From contig OU015567.1 of NCBI GenBank assembly GCA_907165135.1, forward strand, positions 4,960,001 through 5,024,000: DNA of 64,000 nucleotides. Reading direction: 5' to 3'. This document shows positions 58,981 through 64,000 of the stretch, piece by piece; the first letter of the stretch is position 1; each line of letters begins with the position of its first letter. This DNA is from Oikopleura dioica. Taxonomy: Eukaryota > Animalia > Chordata. Both the position numbers and the translations under genes were made by a program. Below the pieces are notes generated by a model that saw only the letters and a list, made by a program, of their open reading frames with translations, had not been told where the DNA came from and made no database searches.

Positions 58981-61900
58981 AGCGGCTTCCTAGAATTAGA
59001 TATTTTATTAAAATTATACAAAAAGACTTTCACAAAAACTGAAGATGAAAATGAAAATTGAGATAAAACTTCAATTCTTCAGCTGTTTTAAAGTCTTTTC
59101 TGAAGACTTAAGAAAACTCATGGTCGTTTTTATAAAATTTTTGATCAAAAATAAATAGAATTAAGGGGGGGGGTTGACAAGAATCACGATTTTTTGACCA
59201 AAAATCCGGGAAAACCTGATTAGATAGGTAAAATTTGAATAAACTGGGGAATAGAAAAGGGTTGATAAAATCTTTCAGCAATAAGTTGAAAAAATTTTGG
59301 CCAGAAAAAATGGTAAAAAATTCCCTCAAAAAAGGGCCATTTCCACCAGAATGTAACAAAAATGGTCATTTTATTTACACTTTTCTCAATTATACCCCCC
59401 AATCTGATTTTTATCAAATGATTTTAGGTCACCCCTGAAAAAATGAAAGAAAGTGTCAAAAACATGTTTGTCCGAGACTCTCCTCTTATCCAATATTGGA
59501 TCTTCCAAACAACTATTTTTCGTAAGGATAATAGCCACCCTTAACCCTGCGTGAAATAAGGTTAAGATAATATAATAAACATATCATTTCGATGATTTTT
59601 TTCTTTTGCGATCTTGAATTTTGAGCTTTTAGGAGAGAAGAAAAAATGAAAATGAGTGGAGCATTTTCCGGGTTAAAATTACTGTGGTCGGCTAATCACG
59701 TGGTCAATAGAAATTGAGCTTAAGAACGACTCGAGACAAGCTTTTGGGGTCGAGTTTTGGGATAAAATGACGTGCGCCTGTACAAATTATTTTACTAAAA
59801 TAGCCTTTCTTTAATTTTTTTGCAATTTTTGCAAATTTGTTCATCTGGATGTTAGACTTATCCTTTGATTAATTTTTTGGTTTTGAGAGCAAGTTCAGGC
59901 GGATCTGTTTGGATCAGGGTAAATGCTCATTTTTGAGAAAGAGCGTTTGAGAAAGTTTAAATTTTTGGTCTTGTAATCTTCTTGTTTGGAGAGGGGGACT
60001 GTTGTAAGATTTTTTCGAGAAAACGATTAGAGGGAACTAAGGCTTTCCAGTTTTTTACCGCTATTTCGAAGTTTGAATCTAGTCGAATAGATTTTTAGTT
60101 AAAGAAATTGAAAAAAACTTGACTAAAAAGGCCTTAAATTTTTGATTAATTGACTCAAAAGTCGATTTTTGCTTCAGATCAAAGATAAAAATTTTCGACT
60201 CAAAAAATAATTTTTAGTCAAAAACCCACATTCTGATCAATTCGGCTAATCTTTCTTGCTTTTTATTTGTATCAATAATTACTTTTTTTTAATCCAATTC
60301 CTCTCGACGCCGGTATAAGTGTGTGAATCATAATCCTTTTCCGATAAAGTCAGGTGAGGGTCTATCGCTCCCCGCCGAGCTCTTATCACCTCAAAAGTTG
60401 ACGGGAACAAGACGCTTCAAGATCCATGAAAAATCGGGCTGACGTGCCCTTATTTTTTGCCCAAGGCGATTCTTATCTTTAAAATTTTCATTTCATAAAA
60501 TAAAAAAAAAATAATTTTTATGATTTTTCTTTCAAAATTCAATTTTTAAAATTCGAAATTTTGAATTTCTTTCCGTGATGAAATTTGAACGTGAAAGTGG
60601 TTCGAGATAGAGAGCGTAACGCAATAACAAAATTTCAGTGAGAGCGCACTTTTGAAGCAGCGTCATTTTTACTTTTTTAATCTGAGTGAGCTCATCCAGT
60701 TCAAATGAACTCAGGATAAGACAGTCACGTTCAACCTTACCAAAACAGTGGCTAAGCCGATCTTTCAATTGGGATTTTTCGTTTTGTTTCGATATTTTTA
60801 CTTAAATATGGCTATCAAGCGAAAATTGAATTTGACTTATTTTTTTTCTAGAGTTTAAAAAAGTCGAATCATAAAGTCATTTTTTAGTTTTTTGTTCTCA
60901 TATTTATCTGTTCTCGAAAATTGAGCGCTTTCGATAAGATAACCACAAGGAATAGATGTTATACTCCAGTTGAAAGGAGGAGGGTTTTTTTTTTGGTATC
61001 AATTTGAAAATTAATCTTATTTTGAGTCGAAATTTTAGAGTGCTGTCGCATCTTTTTTCGAATAAGATCGAGAAAATAGTCTTCGCATCATCTGGAAAAG
61101 CAAAAATTTTGAGCTACCGCAAAATCAAAAATTTCTAGTTTTCGTCATCTTACAGCTTCTTCGGCTTTAATTGAATCTTCAAGCCTCGCAAATAACAGTC
61201 CACTTGAATAATGTCAAAATTTTTCATCGTTTTAAAAATCTAACGATTTTCCCGTTTCTCAAAAAAGCACGTCCCCTTTACAAATTCAATCCTGTCCAGA
61301 TTTCACTTTTTAAATTGAAATGTGGATTTTCATGTTCGTCCCCAAATCTGGCTTGAACGGGTGTTATCACTTCTTGTCTCCAACCGAGCGAGGAAACGTT
61401 ATCGGCGCGGCCACAGCGCAAATTGAAGGGAGCAAATTACATTTTACGCTCTCGGTGTTCCTTTTCCGCATTTTTGGAAATCATGTCCGCTCATTTTTTT
61501 TCCAAGGAGTCTTTCCAAGGAAGGATACTTCTGCTTAGTAATCAAAGATTCAATCTCTCGATATAATTCTCGATAGAAAAAAATTTTCCGATACTATTTA
61601 AATAATTTCTATGGTTTTCGCTAAATTTTGAAAATATCGGTTACCTCCCGAATTCCCGATTTTCCCGAATTTCCCGATTTTTTTAAGATAAAAAATATTC
61701 TCTTTAAAAGAGATATATAGAGATTTATAAAATTTATAAATTTATTAGATTCTCTTAAAAACTTTTTGATTGAAAAATATTTTAAATGAAAAAAATTATA
61801 AAATAATAATTTATCTATCAGTTTATTTTACTTACTAAGAAAACTTACAAAATAAAATAATTTTGTTTCTGTGGCGCAGAAGACGTTTCCAAATTCCGAA

Positions 61901-61989
61901 GTATCTCTCTCTTTATTCAAAAAAATCAAAAACAATAATTTTTCTTTTTATATTTTTTCGTATTCCGTAAAAATTTAAGTGAAGGACTC

Positions 61990-62150
61990 GTCCAGTAATC
62001 AGCTGAACTTCCGTCGCCGATAATATCGTCGCCTTGCGCTCGAGTGGAGCATTTCTTTCTCGCGGCTCGCGAGCGCCACCTGAGCGAAATCGAAAGCGCG
62101 AGCGGCGCGCAATTCGGGACAAGGGCGCCACAAAGGTGTGCGAGGAAAAA
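61990..62150. promoter_or_regulatory. GC/CpG-rich island, probable promoter upstream of the 62684 gene
   Basis: A sharp CpG-rich segment between very AT-rich flanks, ~550 bp upstream of the ATG. Confidence 0.4.
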
Positions 62151-62683
62151 TGCGAACTAAAGATGCAATCTTTTTTTTCGGTTTTTCGGTCAAAAATTTA
62201 TCTTCAAGATTTCGACTCGAAAACCGAAAAATGAATTTATTTCTTGAAATTTATCCCAAATATTGTTAGAAGCGCTCTTACTGTTTGAATATATTCTAAA
62301 CCCAAATAAACACTTGTTTTTGTCACTAAAAATCGTGTTGTTCTAAAAATAGAACATCGATCTGAGCTTGAATCAAGATGCTTGATATTATCAAGTTTGA
62401 ACAAGAATTAAAGAAAAAATGCAGAAAAAAATGATCAAAGGTGAACATGATTTTTTTCACCAAAAAACAACAATTTTAGAATTTTTTTTTTTTTTGAAAT
62501 GAAATGGTCATTTTTGATGAAATCAAAAAAATGCGCCTTTTTTCAAAATTTTTCCTTCTTTTATTCATTTTGTTTCCATGGAAACGAAAAATAAAACAAG
62601 AATGAAAAAAAGCATGAACCAGCGATTTTTTCATTGATCAAATAATTGCTCAAACTTTTTTTCCTCCAAAAGTTCCTCTAGAG

Positions 62684-63630
62684 ATGGTTGACGCAATAAG
62701 CTTGATTGACAGTATGAGCCAGGACTTTATCGACGGTGAGAGAATCACTTTTAAAGAAAAAATGAGAAAAAATTGCTAGATGAAAGTTTGGCGCAATCGA
62801 TGTCGCTTCCTGGCTTCGGTTCCGAGAATGAATTAGAGCTGTTATCGAATGATGAGAGCCTGAATTTGGCGGATTTTGGAGACACTTTCGAGCATCCGCT
62901 TGAGAGAACGCTCTTTGAAATAGAAGACGACCACGGAATCGATGCTGCAATTCAACGTGTCACAATTTGTAACATTATTTACGGTAAGCGTAAAAATTAA
63001 TTTTATTTTCAATTTTTTATTATAAAAAAGTGCTTCAATTGAAAAATTTTAAGCGTCAAACATGCTCTATTACATGCTAGTCTCTTTTTGTGAAATAAAA
63101 TATATCAAATTTTTTTCTTTCGAGTCGAAAGTTCCATTCTTTCTTCGAAAAGCCGCTTGCGGCTTCGCGCCTCGAAGAAAAAAGCCGCGCAAAGCGCGGC
63201 TAAAATCTTTTTCTCCGAGCCGCAAGCGGCTTTTCGAAGCAAGAATGGAACTTTTGACTCGAAAAAAAAATTTGATACATTTTATTTCACAAAAAGCGAC
63301 TGAAAAGAGAGTCGTCATAAATCTGCTTTTTTTAATCTCCCTTTTGAAAATAGCACTTTTGCTTAGCTGAAAGTCGCGTAAAATCAGCAACAGTAATAGG
63401 ATTATTGCAACTTCGCACACGCGTGAAAACACTGCCACCGAGATAACAACTGTTTCCGAAGCGTGCCCTTAATCTTATGTCGCCAATTCCGTCTAAAAAT
63501 TATTTTCTTCTTTTCAGGAAAAACAGTTGAAACTGCTGATGCCATGGCGAGACTCTGTTTTGCCTACCAAGATGCTGGTTTTCACGAACAAGTTCAAAAG
63601 CATCTGCTTTTGCTTAAAGCTGCCGCGGAG
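62684..63630 (+). CDS. 5' part of a TPR-like protein (weakly TTC23-like); continues beyond the window
   Basis: Exons 62684-~62735, ~62780-62983 and 63518-63630 with GT-AG introns give MVDAISLID...AIQRVTICNIIYGKTVETADAMARLCFAYQDAGFHEQVQKHL, a helical TPR-like pattern. Confidence 0.65.
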
Positions 63631-64000
63631 GTTCGTTCCTTAGTAGAAAGCTGAGTCATCGTATGAAAAATCATTCGGACTTTTGAGTCGAAAATTAAAG
63701 AGTCGAGAAGCCGCTTGCGGCTTCGAGTGAAGAAAAATGGGGGTGACCCTCCCAATCCCGGGGTTTTCGGCATAAACCCCGGGATTCGGAGGGTGGTCAT
63801 TTTTGATGCTTCTAGAACGCCCCAATGAGTATAGGATTTGTTTTTCAGTGGTCCCTCACCTAACCCTAACCCAATTAAGGAATCAAATAAAAAGATTATT
63901 ACAAATTATTAGATTTTTCTTAGACGAAAATTGCATTCGGGGACTAATCCTAACCCTTTTTTGAGAATATTTTTACTTTTTAAATTAATAAAAAATAACA

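Noticed and set aside
37731-63957. Telomere-like CCCTAA tracts (37731-37750, 63858-63872, 63945-63957)
   Set aside because: Only 2-3 degenerate units each and internal. They are not a telomere and are more likely repeat-end motifs.

Overview
AT-rich, very compact eukaryotic genomic DNA. Most introns are 38-45 nt, several are GA-AG or GC-AG, genes are closely packed on one strand, and MITEs are dense. This strongly suggests the larvacean tunicate Oikopleura (inference from sequence style, not a database match). Supported genes: tRNA-Gly(GCC); a PLA2-like secreted protein with an in-frame TGA; a single-domain phosphoethanolamine N-methyltransferase; a probably myristoylated Ser/Lys-rich protein; an IPNS-like 2OG-Fe(II) oxygenase; a pepsin-family protein with both catalytic motifs degenerate and a nested antisense ORF; an atypical kinase; an Arf-like GTPase; a type I membrane protein; an O-fucosyltransferase-like gene; and the 5' part of a TPR-like gene. 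The most striking structure is a set of DNA transposons defined by TIRs and target-site duplications (TSDs). Six hAT-like families each carry their own subterminal repeat motif. One is a 3.57-kb transposase-bearing element (41701-45269) with nested MITEs that sits inside a host coding exon. Another non-autonomous hAT copy splits the kinase ORF. MULE-like, Tc1/pogo-like, piggyBac-like and TTAA/GG (Kolobok-like) elements are also present. Gene models were assembled by eye and some exon boundaries are uncertain.
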